NCBI GenBank assembly: GCA_021791675.1
Contig: JAJYWE010000001.1
Coordinates: forward strand, 79,526-143,525
Direction: 5' to 3'
DNA length: 64,000 nucleotides
Origin: Actinomycetes bacterium
Lineage (GTDB): Bacteria; Actinomycetota; Acidimicrobiia; Acidimicrobiales; JAKAOS01
The stretch's first letter is position 1, and every line of letters starts with the position of its first letter. This document shows positions 63,630 to 64,000 of this stretch, piece by piece. Under the pieces are notes generated by a model that was not told where the DNA came from, did not search any database, and saw only the letters and a program-made list of their open reading frames with translations. The translations under genes were made by a program, and so were the position numbers.

Positions 63630-63977
63630 TCAACCCCCGCCAACCAACTGGTCGGCCCCGCTGGCGGCATCCACAGCCGGCCGTTGCACGCCGTCGGAAC
63701 CGCCGTGCACCGTTCCGAGCAGTCGACCGAACCATCGGCGAAGCCCCTTCTCGGCGCGGGGTCCCCCTGGAGCGGCCCCTCCGCGCGCTCGCTCCAGCTG
63801 TCGCTCGACCAGGGCCAACGTGACCTGCGCAGCCCGCAGCTCTGCCTCGGCCGCGGCTGCCCGAGTCTCTGCCTCGCCGAGCGCGCGCAGTGCGTCAGGG
63901 AGTTCGCCCGCCTGCGCGACCAGCCGGGCGAAGGACTCCCGGGGCACGAGCACCGAGGCGAGCCACAGCTCGGGCAT
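63630..63977 (-). CDS. hypothetical protein with an Ala/Glu-rich coiled-coil segment
   Basis: 115-aa ORF ending 15 nt upstream of the hydrolase start, with reasonably high GC3. No recognisable motif. The upstream context is cut by the window edge. Confidence 0.35.
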   Translation of the reverse strand: MPELWLASVLVPRESFARLVAQAGELPDALRALGEAETRAAAAEAELRAAQVTLALVERQLERARGGAAPGGPRAEKGLRRWFGRLLGTVHGGSDGVQRPAVDAASGADQLVGGG

Positions 63978-64000
63978 CGACGCGAGGACCGGCGCCGGCG

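Overview
Very GC-rich actinobacterial chromosome core. I call about 57 protein-coding genes, and about 47 of them are on the minus strand, many joined by 1-11 nt stop/start overlaps. The gene order is the classic actinobacterial housekeeping synteny: thiolase, nrdR, lexA, AhpE-like peroxiredoxin, dapE-dapD-TetR with a divergent MMPL transporter, dapC-hflX-dapF-miaA-miaB, mmsA plus a class-III aminotransferase, recA, a CDF transporter, cinA-pgsA-rimO-thrB-dacB-ftsK-rnj-dapA, dapB-M16 peptidase-pnp-rpsO-ribF-truB-rbfA-DUF503-infB-ylxR-nusA-rimP, an Eis-like GNAT, ispG-rseP-dxr-cdsA-frr-pyrH-tsf-rpsB-xerC, then XdhC-like, DUF2505, PlsY-like/DegV, an alpha/beta hydrolase and a small coiled-coil ORF. 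By eye I found no rRNA, tRNA, CRISPR array, transposase, prophage or defence island, and I see no convincing new multi-gene system. The points most worth a second look are small-scale. (1) A leaderless-looking small membrane-protein ORF flanked by LexA boxes, in the DivS/ChiZ slot between lexA and nrdR. (2) A canonical U-tract terminator plus a -10-like element in the rimP-nusA-infB leader. (3) ylxR and DUF503, whose conserved N-termini lie upstream of any ATG/GTG/TTG. (4) A translationally coupled divergent plsY-like/degV pair. (5) A ~300-aa acidic extension on CdsA containing a perfect 30-nt duplication. (6) A possible dual recA promoter (SOS box plus RecA-NDp-like). Many long ORFs in the supplied track are antisense shadow ORFs of this GC-rich DNA and were rejected. 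Start codons are often ambiguous; I preferred starts that give the GTGA/ATGA overlaps or have a visible Shine-Dalgarno.
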